Virus record (IMG/VR): IMGVR_UViG_3300032116_000004
Coordinates: 248,001 to 312,000 of that record
DNA: 64,000 bases
Reading direction: 5' to 3' (one strand)
Part shown: piece by piece, positions 40,721 to 51,612 of the stretch
Layout: every line of letters starts with the position of its first letter
Numbering within the stretch: position 1 is the first letter of the stretch
Made by a program: the position numbers and the translations under genes
The notes under the pieces: generated by a model
Told to the model about the DNA's origin: nothing
What the model saw: the letters and a program-made list of their open reading frames with translations, nothing else
The model's database searches: none

Positions 40721-41095
40721 TTAGACGTAGGAGGCAGTGCGTGTTTGCTGGTCAAAAAACACAGCTAATCGCTGGGCGTTTTGCCCTTGCACAGTCTGGA
40801 TTTCCAGTTCGACCAAGATACCATTGACCTGTGGATAGGCATCGGCTGTGGTGAGATAGATGCGAGGATCTTGTCCCACAATCCTTTGCAGTTCTTGGAG
40901 CACTAACTCTGCGGTAGATTCAGTCTGGGGCTCAAATACCAAGTTCCACATAGTGGTTCCTACGTCAGGACGCCCCACTTTTTCACCCTGACGTATGTTA
41001 AGGTAGTTTAAAAGATCGCGCTTGATCAGTTCAAAGTCGACCAAGGTGAACTTTTTGTATTGATTGATGGTGTTGAATCCGATGAATGTAGGCAT
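40721..41095 (-). CDS. gp25: Baseplate wedge subunit (T4 gp25-like)
   Basis: LIKRDLLNYLNIRQGEKVGRPDVGTTMWNLVFEP...DPRI. Confidence 0.85.
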   Translation of the reverse strand: MPTFIGFNTINQYKKFTLVDFELIKRDLLNYLNIRQGEKVGRPDVGTTMWNLVFEPQTESTAELVLQELQRIVGQDPRIYLTTADAYPQVNGILVELEIQTVQGQNAQRLAVFFDQQTRTASYV

Positions 41096-41100
41096 GACAG

Positions 41101-41106
41101 TATTTA
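41101..41106 (-). promoter_or_regulatory. Late promoter core TAAATA, 5 nt before the gp25 ATG
   Basis: TAAATActgtcATG. Confidence 0.65.
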
Positions 41107-43446
41107 AGCCGTGTTAATGGGTGGCAATCCACGACGAGCACGTTCTTCGTTGATGCGGGCTCGCACTATCTCATCATCACCCGAATAGGTGAGATCTGAA
41201 TCAGACACATTGGAATATAGATTAAACGTGCTAGTGAAAACAGGTATGGGCACTTTGGGATTTCCTATCACTTGTCCCACGGCTTGATCAACTGCTGAGC
41301 GAATAGTAGTGCCAGTGGCCGACGGGGAAGTTGTGGAAAATCCCTGCACTGCCAGGCTGATCTTTTGGTTCACCAAGTCCACAGCATATTGCCCGCCGCG
41401 CACCAGTTTGTTGACGTTATCCAACAATGTGGCGTCGCCCACAGTGCCGTTGATCCAACTTTTCACTGTATCAGCACCATATTTGGCGCCGGCATTCACC
41501 AATCCTGCTAGTTTGCTGGGATTTTCTGTGCCCGTAACAACACCTTGACCTCTGAGATCCACCAGCGATTTCTGTAGCAAATCGGCCTGTATGTCATCTT
41601 GCAGTTTGGGATCGTTCAAGAGATCGGCTGCATTGTTGACGCCGGCATATCCAGTCCATACCGTGGGATTGTTCAGGATATCAGTGACATCGGTTTCACT
41701 GTCGGCCAGATAAAATTCATAGGTTCCGGGCTTGAGATATCCAGCAGCCTCCAACTGTTGAGGACTGAGTCCATACTTGCCCACACCATACTCGTTGCTG
41801 ATTTCTATGGCGTCTTGAGGCACATCTTTGCTGGCCTGTGCCAGCATGCCTGTCACTTGCTCGGGTTCTATGGATCCCACGCTCACAGTGGCCGGAGTTT
41901 GTTCTTCATAATCAGTTTCATTGATGGCGTCAAATTCAGTGTTTTGTATTTCTACATAGCGAGTTTCAATTTCAGTGGGCAACAATGATTCTGCATCAGC
42001 GAAGGTATCAATACTGGTCTGGGCCTGGATACCACGATTGGCAAAAGGATAAGGCATGTGCGTGGGCGCACGAGTCACTGCTGTCTTGATCGCACCACCT
42101 TCTACTATCCATCCTTGGTTCTGTTCAAACTTCACGTCAGGAAGATTCTGTATGGAAAGGTTATTGGGTTTGGGCACATCAGGAGCAGAGCCGCCATTGA
42201 GGCTGATACAACCTGCGGACAGCACCATGTTTGATCCTGCGTCCCAGGTTCCGGCTTTTGTTGATTTCATGCTCAAGGTTCCATCGCTCTTGATACCAAT
42301 GAAACTGTCTGCGTATTGCAACATGGCTTTTTTGCTGTTGAGCTGGATGAGATTTTCACTTTCTGCTGTGACTGATCGTTCGCCGCGGATGTTGATGGAG
42401 TTCCGGGCATTCATGTTGATGTTGCGATCAGCGTGCAAGTTGATGTCACCTTGGCTGCGCAAGTTGATACTGTTGGTAGAATAGATGTCCACTGTGCCCT
42501 GGCTGCCAAACTCCAACCATGACTGACCATTGGCATGGGTGATAAAGAAACAATCGCCGGTGTCTGACATGGTTATCTGATGACCTTTGGCAGTGCGTAT
42601 GCGCACTAGGGCATCCTGTCCAGTGAGATCGCCGTCGTCCATCACGAGGCTATGGCCACCACGTCGGCCAATCACTTGCACATCTTGCGGTAACAATAGA
42701 CCTTGCTCCAACTGTTGGCGTATGTTTTGTTCGCTCAGTCCACCAGCATAGATCGGTCTTCCTGGTGTGGATATGCCGTAAACCGAACTGGGACTCTCTC
42801 GTTGGGCATTGGATCCAATGGGACCGCGCAAGGGATCATTGATCAAGCCCTGCTGTAACAGCGTGGCAGCGACCACGCCGTGTACCGGTTTGGTCTGATC
42901 AAAGAATCTGGGATTTTCGCTCAGTGTTTGATTGTCGTCATTGAATTCTACCACTGGCAGTTGAGGACTGTTTTGGAAATAAGAACTTTGATTGTTGTTG
43001 TCTAGTTTGAATTTCCTACTGGCACCGATAGCCGGCAACATGTGATTGAGTCCGGGTTGCACGATGCAACCGAGATAATAGCCGCTGTTGGCATCCCCCG
43101 AAGCAAACACGCAAACTACTTGTGTGCCGATATCCGGCGGAGTGAACCACATGCCGTAACTTTGGCGGTTACCTATGTAGCTGCCTTCACCAGTGTCTTG
43201 TTCGGTGGTAGGATTTGTGGTTCCATAAAAAGGACTCACAGGGCTCACTGTGCGCCAAAGGTCGGGATTGTTTTTGTCTGGGCCGGCAAAGTCTTCAATC
43301 CAGACCTGCACTCGACCGCCACGAACCTGAGAATCTACCACGGATCTCACTTCGCCTATGTAGATGCCCACCTGAGTGGGAGCGTTGCCTCTGTCTAGTT
43401 TGTAGGCACCGGGTATGCCCGAGGTGCGTTGGACGTTTTCTGCCAT
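41104..43446 (-). CDS. gp5: Baseplate hub/central spike (gp5/VgrG-like; OB fold plus beta-helix)
   Basis: GRVQVWI...PPDIGTQVVCVF OB fold, RTAKGHQITMSD and SINLRSQGDINLHADRNINM beta repeats. Confidence 0.75.
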   Translation of the reverse strand: MAENVQRTSGIPGAYKLDRGNAPTQVGIYIGEVRSVVDSQVRGGRVQVWIEDFAGPDKNNPDLWRTVSPVSPFYGTTNPTTEQDTGEGSYIGNRQSYGMWFTPPDIGTQVVCVFASGDANSGYYLGCIVQPGLNHMLPAIGASRKFKLDNNNQSSYFQNSPQLPVVEFNDDNQTLSENPRFFDQTKPVHGVVAATLLQQGLINDPLRGPIGSNAQRESPSSVYGISTPGRPIYAGGLSEQNIRQQLEQGLLLPQDVQVIGRRGGHSLVMDDGDLTGQDALVRIRTAKGHQITMSDTGDCFFITHANGQSWLEFGSQGTVDIYSTNSINLRSQGDINLHADRNINMNARNSINIRGERSVTAESENLIQLNSKKAMLQYADSFIGIKSDGTLSMKSTKAGTWDAGSNMVLSAGCISLNGGSAPDVPKPNNLSIQNLPDVKFEQNQGWIVEGGAIKTAVTRAPTHMPYPFANRGIQAQTSIDTFADAESLLPTEIETRYVEIQNTEFDAINETDYEEQTPATVSVGSIEPEQVTGMLAQASKDVPQDAIEISNEYGVGKYGLSPQQLEAAGYLKPGTYEFYLADSETDVTDILNNPTVWTGYAGVNNAADLLNDPKLQDDIQADLLQKSLVDLRGQGVVTGTENPSKLAGLVNAGAKYGADTVKSWINGTVGDATLLDNVNKLVRGGQYAVDLVNQKISLAVQGFSTTSPSATGTTIRSAVDQAVGQVIGNPKVPIPVFTSTFNLYSNVSDSDLTYSGDDEIVRARINEERARRGLPPINTA

Positions 43447-43455
43447 TGTTTTCCT

Positions 43456-46419
43456 TTATGGTGCTATGATATCTGATATCTGCGGGGCATCATCGCTGAC
43501 CACTCTGGACCCTGGTTTGGGTGGTACTTCGCTGACTCGACTGCCCGTCGCATTACTTACTGCATCAGGATCACTGGATGCACCAAACTCTAACTCCAAC
43601 AAACTGGGTGCAGGCACAGTGTTGGTAGACTGGCTGGCATCTCGAGCGGCAATCTCGTTGTCCACGCGACGCACATCAGCCTGGCTGAATCGGCTGCCTT
43701 GGGTGGGCTGTGCCTGTCCCAGCAGAGGTTTAACACCCTTGCTGAGATCAAAGTTCTTGATATTTCCTGCCAATCGCTGTGTGAATTTACCACCTTTGAA
43801 CATGCTCCAGATAGTGTGTGCAGAGAACACAGAACTTTCACTGGGCAAGTTGCGCTCTCCGGTGCTCTGGCTATAGGCAGTGTTGTTGGCATTGACCTGG
43901 GCCAAGCCTGTTGAGATATTGTAGTCTGCCACAGGATTGAATCGCAGTTCATACAGGATTTCTGATGCATCGGCGTTGACACTGCCGTCGGGCATGCTTT
44001 GGGCTAGACTAAATGATCCCGTGTAAAACACATCGCTCTGCACCAACCAATCTGGATCTCCAATGATCACCACTTGAGAATTGGCAATGTCCGTATCTTG
44101 ATACAGTCGATCGGCCAGATTGGCCGCGATTGAATTGGTATCGCCGGGGCCGCCAGTGCCTTCCATGTTGGGCTTGTTCTGATACACCACTTTTTCGTAG
44201 AGCCTACCGCTGCCACCCACCAAGGGTTGTGCCACTCTGTTCTGGTTGTTGCCAAATATGGTCACATAGTTGGCATTGACATTGATTTCAAAATCCATCA
44301 CTTCGCTGTTGAGTCCCGTGAACCAATAGTTGTAGATCTTGTGTGCGCCGCGATAGCCTGCTGTGGGGAACTCAGCGATGCGAGGATCGTTGATCTGATA
44401 TCGGCTGATGAGATATATGATCTTGTTGGCATACTGCCGGCGTTTTTTGTCATACTGATCTTGAGGTTCTATGCGGCAACGGATCTTATACCACTGCACT
44501 GTTTTCACAGGAGTCTGCACTTTCCATTGCCGTGTTTTTTCGTCCTGGATGAGATTCTGTTGGCTGACGATGTAACTGCTGTTGCGCATGATCAGATCGA
44601 TCAACTGCACGATCTGCGTTCCTCGGGTGACAGAAAAATTCTTGTTGTCTTTGTTATAGCTGCTGGTCCGCATCAAAAGGTCATCTCGGGCGTTCTGTCC
44701 AGGCACAAACGCTGTGCGGCTCTTGTCTTGTTTGGCCGGGCGTGCTATTTTTGCATCGGCCAGGCCAGCCACATTTTCAATCCTGATCTCATAGATGTCC
44801 GCAGTTTCTTGTGCGCCAGATTTTTGTAATTCCAGTTGGTGCTGATTCAGCGCCTCACAAAGACCCTGTGTGTAAGTCTTGCGGGCAGAAAGTTCACTGG
44901 CCTTGGCTGGTGCTTGGCTGGATGATTCAAGATCTCTAATCTCATCTTGATTCAATTGCCGCTGTGTGGCAGTGACCGGTGCCAGCAGAGGTCTGCCATT
45001 GAGCAAGGTTGCTATGTCTGGAGCCTTGAGTTCAAAGTCAAAGGGTATGGTTCCATAGGACTGGCTGAATCCCACTGTGGTCTGAGGTATAGAAGCCTTC
45101 ACGAGATATTCCACGTTGCGACTGGCTATCTTGTAAGTGAGTTCAGATATGGTGAAAGGTATCCATTTTTCCACGATGCTGTCTCGATCGCTGCCAATTT
45201 CGGTCTGTCCTAATTGGCTGCCGTTGATCAGCTGTCCGTTGGCGTCATAGCCATAGAATCTAATGACCATGAGGTAGTTGCACGTAGTGTAACTCACTGT
45301 GGGATCACTGTTCTTGAGATGTGCTCTCACGGCATCCCTCAGCGTGGGCAGGAAGGTGATACCATTGGGTTCAATGATCTTGAACTCCATCTCTACTGCG
45401 TTGTGTGCCCTGGCGCCGCTCTGCGTGCCGATCTGGCTCATTATAGTGAGATCATCAAAATAGTAATCATATTTGAAAAAAGGATTACGACGTCCTACTC
45501 CCTGGATGGGAGTTCCGTCAATGCCACCGCTCTGCACGATCAGAGATTCTGTGGTTATGGACTTGCGTTGGCTGTTCAGCATGTTCACATACTCACGAGG
45601 TGTCATTATATACCAGCTCACTGTATAAGTCATGGATGCCAGCTTGGCCAGTGGATTGGGGCGTGCGTCAATGGGCGACAGGAATTCCGGCGCGATAGCG
45701 GGCCTTCCGTCGGTAGATGCCGTGCCGCCCACATTGACCGTGGTAGTGTCGCGTTGATCGTCACCTCCATCGGCAGGACCAGATTGAGTTTGATTCACAG
45801 TGACCACTGGTCTAGCACCGCCTACCGTGGTAGAACCTTGGTCTAGCCCAAGATCCGCATTGTTCAGCAGTTGCGGTTGGTCGGCATTGGATTCCCGACT
45901 GTAGCCAGGATTGGCATCTACTAGATTGCCGTCATCGTCAAAGGTTTGGAGCGGCAGTGGCGGGGACGATACGTTGGCATCTTCTTGATTGCCTCGCTGT
46001 GCGTTGACCACTTCGTCGCCGGCGCTGTCAGCTGATGCCTGTGGACGATTGTTGGCTTCATCGTAGCGCACTGTATTGAGACGATTGATCAATGCACTGG
46101 CTTCTCTACGGGTTCCGTCAATGCCGGCCTGAACAGCGTCATAACGGGCACTGAGGCTCCGGGTATTTTGACGCTCTAGTTCATTGGTGCTCTGGCGGCC
46201 CATGTCTTGTATTTGGGCGAATGCTCGACTGTTGCTGGATTCGGCCAGCCCCAGATAGGTATTGACCTGCCCAAACAGATTCTCTGCACGGGTGACGGAT
46301 CGCGTGGCCACAGCAGCTCCAAGATCGCCAGTGAGCCTCACTGCTGTGCCCAATTGCCGATCGGCTTGATCTAGATCGACAATGGCCGCGGACTGGCTCA
46401 GGATAAAAGTGGCTGCCAT
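43456..46419 (-). CDS. Baseplate hub protein (gp27/gp44-like position)
   Basis: Sits between the LysM/gp53-like and gp5-like genes; EFKIIEPNGITFL, IIGDPDWL. Confidence 0.55.
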   Translation of the reverse strand: MAATFILSQSAAIVDLDQADRQLGTAVRLTGDLGAAVATRSVTRAENLFGQVNTYLGLAESSNSRAFAQIQDMGRQSTNELERQNTRSLSARYDAVQAGIDGTRREASALINRLNTVRYDEANNRPQASADSAGDEVVNAQRGNQEDANVSSPPLPLQTFDDDGNLVDANPGYSRESNADQPQLLNNADLGLDQGSTTVGGARPVVTVNQTQSGPADGGDDQRDTTTVNVGGTASTDGRPAIAPEFLSPIDARPNPLAKLASMTYTVSWYIMTPREYVNMLNSQRKSITTESLIVQSGGIDGTPIQGVGRRNPFFKYDYYFDDLTIMSQIGTQSGARAHNAVEMEFKIIEPNGITFLPTLRDAVRAHLKNSDPTVSYTTCNYLMVIRFYGYDANGQLINGSQLGQTEIGSDRDSIVEKWIPFTISELTYKIASRNVEYLVKASIPQTTVGFSQSYGTIPFDFELKAPDIATLLNGRPLLAPVTATQRQLNQDEIRDLESSSQAPAKASELSARKTYTQGLCEALNQHQLELQKSGAQETADIYEIRIENVAGLADAKIARPAKQDKSRTAFVPGQNARDDLLMRTSSYNKDNKNFSVTRGTQIVQLIDLIMRNSSYIVSQQNLIQDEKTRQWKVQTPVKTVQWYKIRCRIEPQDQYDKKRRQYANKIIYLISRYQINDPRIAEFPTAGYRGAHKIYNYWFTGLNSEVMDFEINVNANYVTIFGNNQNRVAQPLVGGSGRLYEKVVYQNKPNMEGTGGPGDTNSIAANLADRLYQDTDIANSQVVIIGDPDWLVQSDVFYTGSFSLAQSMPDGSVNADASEILYELRFNPVADYNISTGLAQVNANNTAYSQSTGERNLPSESSVFSAHTIWSMFKGGKFTQRLAGNIKNFDLSKGVKPLLGQAQPTQGSRFSQADVRRVDNEIAARDASQSTNTVPAPSLLELEFGASSDPDAVSNATGSRVSEVPPKPGSRVVSDDAPQISDIIAP

Positions 46420-46422
46420 CGA

Positions 46423-46722
46423 TTAGAATCCCAGGGCGGCTTTGAGGGTGGTTATCTTGGGCAAGTAGATCTGCACACCATCACGGAAATCATACAGCGG
46501 ATCAGGCAGAGTGTTGGGATTGCGCTGGGCAAACACCCACCACAGACCAGCATCTTGATAAAGGTCATAGGCCAAGAGATCCGGGCGCAGATTGTAAGTG
46601 GCATTGATGCGGAACAGGATGTCGTCGGCCTGTTTGGGGATGGGCCGATTGGTCATGAAGTCAAGATACACACCATTTTTGGGCGTGGTAAAATAAGCAC
46701 TAGTGCTTGCATATATGGCCAT
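46423..46722 (-). CDS. gp53: Baseplate wedge protein (gp53/LysM-like)
   Basis: YNLRPDLLAYDLYQDAGLWWVFAQRNP...IYLP. Confidence 0.75.
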   Translation of the reverse strand: MAIYASTSAYFTTPKNGVYLDFMTNRPIPKQADDILFRINATYNLRPDLLAYDLYQDAGLWWVFAQRNPNTLPDPLYDFRDGVQIYLPKITTLKAALGF

Positions 46723-48428
46723 TACCAGAATCCTCCTTTGAGCAAGTTACCATTGGCATAACGATCAAGGCTGAACTGTTGCGTGACTTGACTGCGTGTG
46801 GGCATGGGCAACAGTGTCAGTATGGCCTGCATCTTGGTGGGCACATAGGTGGGAGAATTCAATCCAAGATTGGGCGGCGCCGGGGGATAATTTATAGCTC
46901 CCTTGGGCAAGTTGGCTCCAGTCAATCTGGACCAGATGTTTGATAGGCTGTAACTGTTGGTTGGTCCGCCAGTCTGTTGTCTGCGCCACAGCAGACCATT
47001 GCCGCCTTGTGTGACACCGGCCGATGTTGACTGGCGTCCTCGAGACCGGATGTAGTCCACATCATTGGGCAAGTTGTAGTTGAACTGGCTGATCACGCAG
47101 GGATGTTCATTGAATTGGAATTCGCCCAACCCTGTGAGGAATACCAAGGGCGGTGGGGCTCCGCGATCGTCGTCTTGACCGTAGAACATCTTGGTGCATG
47201 ATCTGAAAAAGTGTATGGTGGCCAATAGGTAATCGGCCTCGGCCGAATCCTGTGCTGTGAAATCTGCCGTGATCGTCACTTCGCCTACCCGGCTGCCTTT
47301 GTAGAAATAGCCACGATAGTTGGAATGCACCAAATCTGTGGGATTGTAATCTGCGTTATAACTCATGTCGATGCGCGGTGTATAAGGAAATACCACGCCA
47401 TCGGTGTTGCGCAGGGGTTCCATGATACCTGCGCCTTCGGGATTCTTGTAGAGATAGGTAGCGTAAGGTGCCAGGCGCAAGCGCACACGCCAGTCGCCAT
47501 CGCCCACTGCTTTGCCATTGGCCTTGCGTATTTCCGACACTTCGGCTTGCTGGCGGGCCTGTGACAACAGTGCTTGCGCTTGCGAGGCCAGGGCCACATC
47601 ATCATCGGTAGCTACTCGAACAAGATCGCTATCGTTTGGATCATCTTCATCTCGCTGGGAAAAATATGCAGGATCGCCTTCGGACAATTCGCCGGCCAAT
47701 CTAGTGGCTTGGGCGTCAGTGAGTCCTGATTGCACTGTTTCACCAGTGTCAAGATTTTCTACGTTGAACTTGCCAGTTTCGGGATCATATACCGCGGTAA
47801 ATCTGCCGCCCAACGGACCTGGCTGGACATTGATCACTCTGTTGAATTCCGCATCGGCTTCGCGTCGTTCAAACTCGATCTGTTGTGCTACCACGCTGTC
47901 GGCTGGTAACAGTTCGCCATTGGCATCAAAAACAAATTGTCCAGGTCTGGAGATTGTGGCCAATGGCTCAGCGTTGGGATCTCTCTGCGGACCTTGATCC
48001 ACGGGCAGAGGAGAAGCAGTGATGTTGGATATTGTCACTGGACTGGTAACTGCTGGTTCAACGGTGGGATCGGGGGGATTGCCTTGTGGTGGTGCCGCGG
48101 AGGTCAGCGGCGGAGGTGGTGGTAGCGCAGGTGGGTTGTTGTTGACCTGTGGGTTCTGTGCGGCATCGGTGTCGGGCTGGTTGAACACCGTGGTATAGTT
48201 CTGTAGGGCCGCTTGCGAGGCATTGACGGCCTGTTCCAGTCGCGCCGCGGCCTGGGTGACTCCGTCTTGTGCTTGTGCCAGCAGACCGGGATCAACGTCT
48301 GATCCTGCTTCTTGTGCTCGTGCCAGGATACGCTGTGCTCGATTCAGCGCACCTAGCGCATCTAGCCTTTCTTGGTTTGCTCGCTGTAGTGCGAGATCCG
48401 CTTGATTTGTTTGGGCCTGTGTAGACAT
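46722..48428 (-). CDS. Tail tube initiator/baseplate junction protein (gp48/gp54-like) with a Pro-rich N-terminal extension
   Basis: GVVFPYTP...YNPTDLVHSNY...ITADFTAQ...GAPPPLVFL...PCVISQFNYNLPNDVDY. SD AAGGA precedes ATG 48428. Confidence 0.55.
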   Translation of the reverse strand: MSTQAQTNQADLALQRANQERLDALGALNRAQRILARAQEAGSDVDPGLLAQAQDGVTQAAARLEQAVNASQAALQNYTTVFNQPDTDAAQNPQVNNNPPALPPPPPLTSAAPPQGNPPDPTVEPAVTSPVTISNITASPLPVDQGPQRDPNAEPLATISRPGQFVFDANGELLPADSVVAQQIEFERREADAEFNRVINVQPGPLGGRFTAVYDPETGKFNVENLDTGETVQSGLTDAQATRLAGELSEGDPAYFSQRDEDDPNDSDLVRVATDDDVALASQAQALLSQARQQAEVSEIRKANGKAVGDGDWRVRLRLAPYATYLYKNPEGAGIMEPLRNTDGVVFPYTPRIDMSYNADYNPTDLVHSNYRGYFYKGSRVGEVTITADFTAQDSAEADYLLATIHFFRSCTKMFYGQDDDRGAPPPLVFLTGLGEFQFNEHPCVISQFNYNLPNDVDYIRSRGRQSTSAGVTQGGNGLLWRRQQTGGPTNSYSLSNIWSRLTGANLPKGAINYPPAPPNLGLNSPTYVPTKMQAILTLLPMPTRSQVTQQFSLDRYANGNLLKGGFW

Positions 48429-48444
48429 CGTGGATTCCTTGATG

Positions 48445-48450
48445 TATTTA
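48445..48450 (-). promoter_or_regulatory. Late promoter core TAAATA at the head of the tail operon
   Basis: TAAATAcatcaaggaatccacgATG. Confidence 0.65.
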
Positions 48451-48488
48451 CCGGATGTCAAAACGGCTAACATAATGATTGAAATGAT

Positions 48489-48516
48489 TTGACAAAGATG
48501 CCAAATGTTGTATAAT
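48489..48516 (+). promoter_or_regulatory. Consensus sigma70 promoter for the late-sigma/gp47/gp46 operon
   Basis: TTGACA (48489-94), 16-nt spacer, TATAAT (48511-16); SD AGGAG at 48528-32. Confidence 0.8.
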
Positions 48517-48543
48517 AACTACAATATAGGAGAATCATCAACG

Positions 48544-49431
48544 ATGTCTATCAAGACTCCAGCCAAGACCAATTATCTCAACAACAAAGATATATTGAAA
48601 GAAATACACCACAGCAAGAATTCATACTGCACCTATGTGAACCCACAAATGGATCATCAGTATGACATCATCTTGCCTTCGCTGTCCAAGATCAATCAGC
48701 GAACCATAGCCGAAGCCCGGCGCAACAGGGCTGATAGGATCAAAAAAGAAACCGGCGAAGCAGTCAACGAAAAGAAGATTCCGCACACCGATCTTGTGTT
48801 CCGTATCACTACCTGGGAACACATACCCATGGCACCCAAAAAGCAAACCAAAGCCCAGGCCAAAAAAGCCAAGATGGAGGAACTGCTGGAACTGGATGAC
48901 ACCCAGGAAAGCGACGGGCTCGAGGACATCGTAGATGTGCCTGTGCTGGATACTGCACATGTCAGATTGAATTTTCCGCCGTTTTGGCACTATCGTTTGG
49001 ACGAAGAAAAACAGCCGTTTGTGGTGGGTAAATCACACTGGCGGGGTAGTCTAGACGGGGGCGAGTTCTGCAGGGAACATGGCAAAATGACCCCAAAATT
49101 GGCGCACATGTTTATCAAACTGTGCGAAAGATACGCTACAAGGAGCAATTGGCGTGGATACACCTACAACGAAGAAATGCGGGGTCAGGCCCTGCTACAG
49201 CTCAGCCAGATCGGATTGCAGTTCGATGAATCAAAATCGCAGAACCCTTTTGCGTATTATACTGCCGCTATCACTAATAGCTTCACTCGTGTGTTGAACA
49301 TAGAAAAGAAGATGCAGAACATACGCGATGATATCTTGGAAATGAACGGACTCAATCCTTCGTGGACTAGACAGTATTCGGAAAGCCATAACAAAGCAGC
49401 CGAAGCGGTCGCATCTCCTTCAGAAGAATAG
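48544..49431 (+). CDS. gp55: Late transcription sigma factor (T4 gp55-like)
   Basis: YLNNKDILKEI...ERYATRSNWRGYTYNEEMRGQA...FDESKSQNPFAYYT...NSF. Confidence 0.85.
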   Translation: MSIKTPAKTNYLNNKDILKEIHHSKNSYCTYVNPQMDHQYDIILPSLSKINQRTIAEARRNRADRIKKETGEAVNEKKIPHTDLVFRITTWEHIPMAPKKQTKAQAKKAKMEELLELDDTQESDGLEDIVDVPVLDTAHVRLNFPPFWHYRLDEEKQPFVVGKSHWRGSLDGGEFCREHGKMTPKLAHMFIKLCERYATRSNWRGYTYNEEMRGQALLQLSQIGLQFDESKSQNPFAYYTAAITNSFTRVLNIEKKMQNIRDDILEMNGLNPSWTRQYSESHNKAAEAVASPSEE

Positions 49432-49445
49432 TATACTGCTACTCT

Positions 49446-50594
49446 ATGGATAGTGGAATTTATTGTTCGGCTCCCTGGAGAGGAGTGACCGTGAGAGAAA
49501 ATGGAGACGTCAAAACCTGTTGTTCAGGCAAAACATCTCTGGGCAATCTCAATTCCAAATCTATTAGAGAGATATTGCACCACTCTGACGCTTTGGAAGA
49601 AATAAAATCCTATCTGTTGGACGGTCGTGAGCATAGCAACTGTGCCGAATGCATCATGCACGACAAACAACACAACACGGCTTCATTGCGACAGCATTAC
49701 CAAACTCACTATCCGTTGGATGATTTTACCCACAAACTGAGATTCGTTGATGTGAGATGGAACAACAAATGTAACCTTGCGTGTCAGTATTGTTCGCCTA
49801 CATTCAGCAGTGTTTGGGAAGATCGAATGGGAGTATCCACAACCTCTCCTCGTAAAAGCTATCAGGATGATTTGTTACAATGGGTGCTTGAAAAATCACA
49901 CGAACTCAAGGAATTAATGTTAGTGGGCGGTGAGCCCATGTTGATGAAACAAAATTATGAGTTGCTAAAACAATTACCACAAGATTGTAGGATCAGCATC
50001 ATAACCAATTTTGCCTACGACCTAGCCACGCTGCCATGTTTTGAAGATCTGCTACGGCGACCTCGAAACAATGTCATATGGAACATCAGCATCGAGAATA
50101 TTGGACAGCAATTGGAGTATGTGCGCAACGGCATACAATGGGATAGATTTCTTGCCAACTTAAAGTTGGTGTTACAGTATTGGCCCGACAGCGTGAGTTT
50201 CAACATGGTTTACAGCATGTTCAATGCGTTGGATCTTTACGATATCGTGCGATACTATCATGAACACGGTGTGAAAAAAATAACGTTGATGCCGATCGCC
50301 GGACATCCTGAAATCAGTGCGTTCAACATGCCAACTCCTATCAAACAACAACTGGTGAACGTTCTGGATCGCATATCAACCTGGCACGCACAGACCCATG
50401 GCATAGATGCTGATCTATATCCTATCTCTGGGTTACAGTCGATTCGCCAAGGGCTGATCGAATCTCACAGCAAAAACACTGTCAACAAAAAGAATTTCTA
50501 TGAAAAAGTTCAGTGGTATGACTCCTGGTCAGATCTAAAGTTCAACGTTTTATGGCCGGATACCATTGATATGATCGAAAGATATCTACAATAA
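49446..50594 (+). CDS. Radical SAM protein with N-terminal twitch-like domain
   Basis: CSAPW...TCC...CAEC, CNLACQYC and GGEP. Confidence 0.9.
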   Translation: MDSGIYCSAPWRGVTVRENGDVKTCCSGKTSLGNLNSKSIREILHHSDALEEIKSYLLDGREHSNCAECIMHDKQHNTASLRQHYQTHYPLDDFTHKLRFVDVRWNNKCNLACQYCSPTFSSVWEDRMGVSTTSPRKSYQDDLLQWVLEKSHELKELMLVGGEPMLMKQNYELLKQLPQDCRISIITNFAYDLATLPCFEDLLRRPRNNVIWNISIENIGQQLEYVRNGIQWDRFLANLKLVLQYWPDSVSFNMVYSMFNALDLYDIVRYYHEHGVKKITLMPIAGHPEISAFNMPTPIKQQLVNVLDRISTWHAQTHGIDADLYPISGLQSIRQGLIESHSKNTVNKKNFYEKVQWYDSWSDLKFNVLWPDTIDMIERYLQ

Positions 50595-50595
50595 C

Positions 50596-51612
50596 ATGAC
50601 CAATCTATTTAAAAAAGCCATAGTCTTCACTGACATCCATTTTGGACTGAAATCGAATAGCCTGTTGCACAATCAAGATTGCGAGCAGTTTGTAGATTGG
50701 ATCATCGCCCAGGGCAAGGAACACGGTTGCGAAACCGGCATGTTCTTGGGTGACTGGCATCACCATCGTGCGGCTATCAACTTACAAACACTGAACTTCA
50801 GTCTACAAGCATTGGAAAAACTAAGCAAAGCATTCTCTCAGTTCTTTTTTATTCCGGGCAATCACGATCTGTATTATCGCGACAAACGGGATATCCACGG
50901 TGCGGCCTGGGCCCGGCACTTGCCCAACATACATATCTGCAACGATTGGTTCCAAGAAGGTGATGTTGTCATTGCTCCTTGGTTGGTCGGAGACGAACAC
51001 CGACGCATCGAAAAATTGAATGCCAAATACATGTTTGGTCATTTTGAACTGCCACACTTCAAAATGAATGCCATGGTAGAAATGCCCGATCATGGAACCA
51101 TACAGGTAGATCATTTTGGACATATCGATCAAGTGTTTTCTGGTCACTTTCATCTTCGACAACACAAAAACAACATCAACTACATTGGCAATGCGTTTCC
51201 GCACAACTTTGCCGATGCTGGTGATGCCAATCGTGGCTGCATGATATTGGAGTGGGGCAAGCAACCCGAATATCATGCATGGCCCGAACAGCCCTTATAC
51301 AATGTCTGGGATCTCAGCCATGTCATTGACAACGCTGAACAAATCTTGAAGCCCAACATGCATGTGCGTGTGCAACTAGACATCGAAATATCCTATGAAG
51401 AAGCCACTTTCATCAAAGACACATTTATCGTCAAGCATGGCCTGCGAGAAATGGCCCTGATACCCAACAAGCGATCTGCCTTGGAAGAAGACATGGCTCC
51501 CGGAGATGTGAAATTTGAATCAGTGGATCAGATCGTCACAGATCAGATCACCAAGATAGAATCAGAGTTCTACGATCCTAAACTATTACTCCAAATATAT
51601 CAGGCGCTATGA
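50596..51612 (+). CDS. gp47: Recombination endonuclease, Mre11/SbcD-like (T4 gp47)
   Basis: FTDIHFG, FLGDWHH, PGNHD, FGHFEL and SGHFH phosphoesterase motifs. Confidence 0.92.
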   Translation: MTNLFKKAIVFTDIHFGLKSNSLLHNQDCEQFVDWIIAQGKEHGCETGMFLGDWHHHRAAINLQTLNFSLQALEKLSKAFSQFFFIPGNHDLYYRDKRDIHGAAWARHLPNIHICNDWFQEGDVVIAPWLVGDEHRRIEKLNAKYMFGHFELPHFKMNAMVEMPDHGTIQVDHFGHIDQVFSGHFHLRQHKNNINYIGNAFPHNFADAGDANRGCMILEWGKQPEYHAWPEQPLYNVWDLSHVIDNAEQILKPNMHVRVQLDIEISYEEATFIKDTFIVKHGLREMALIPNKRSALEEDMAPGDVKFESVDQIVTDQITKIESEFYDPKLLLQIYQAL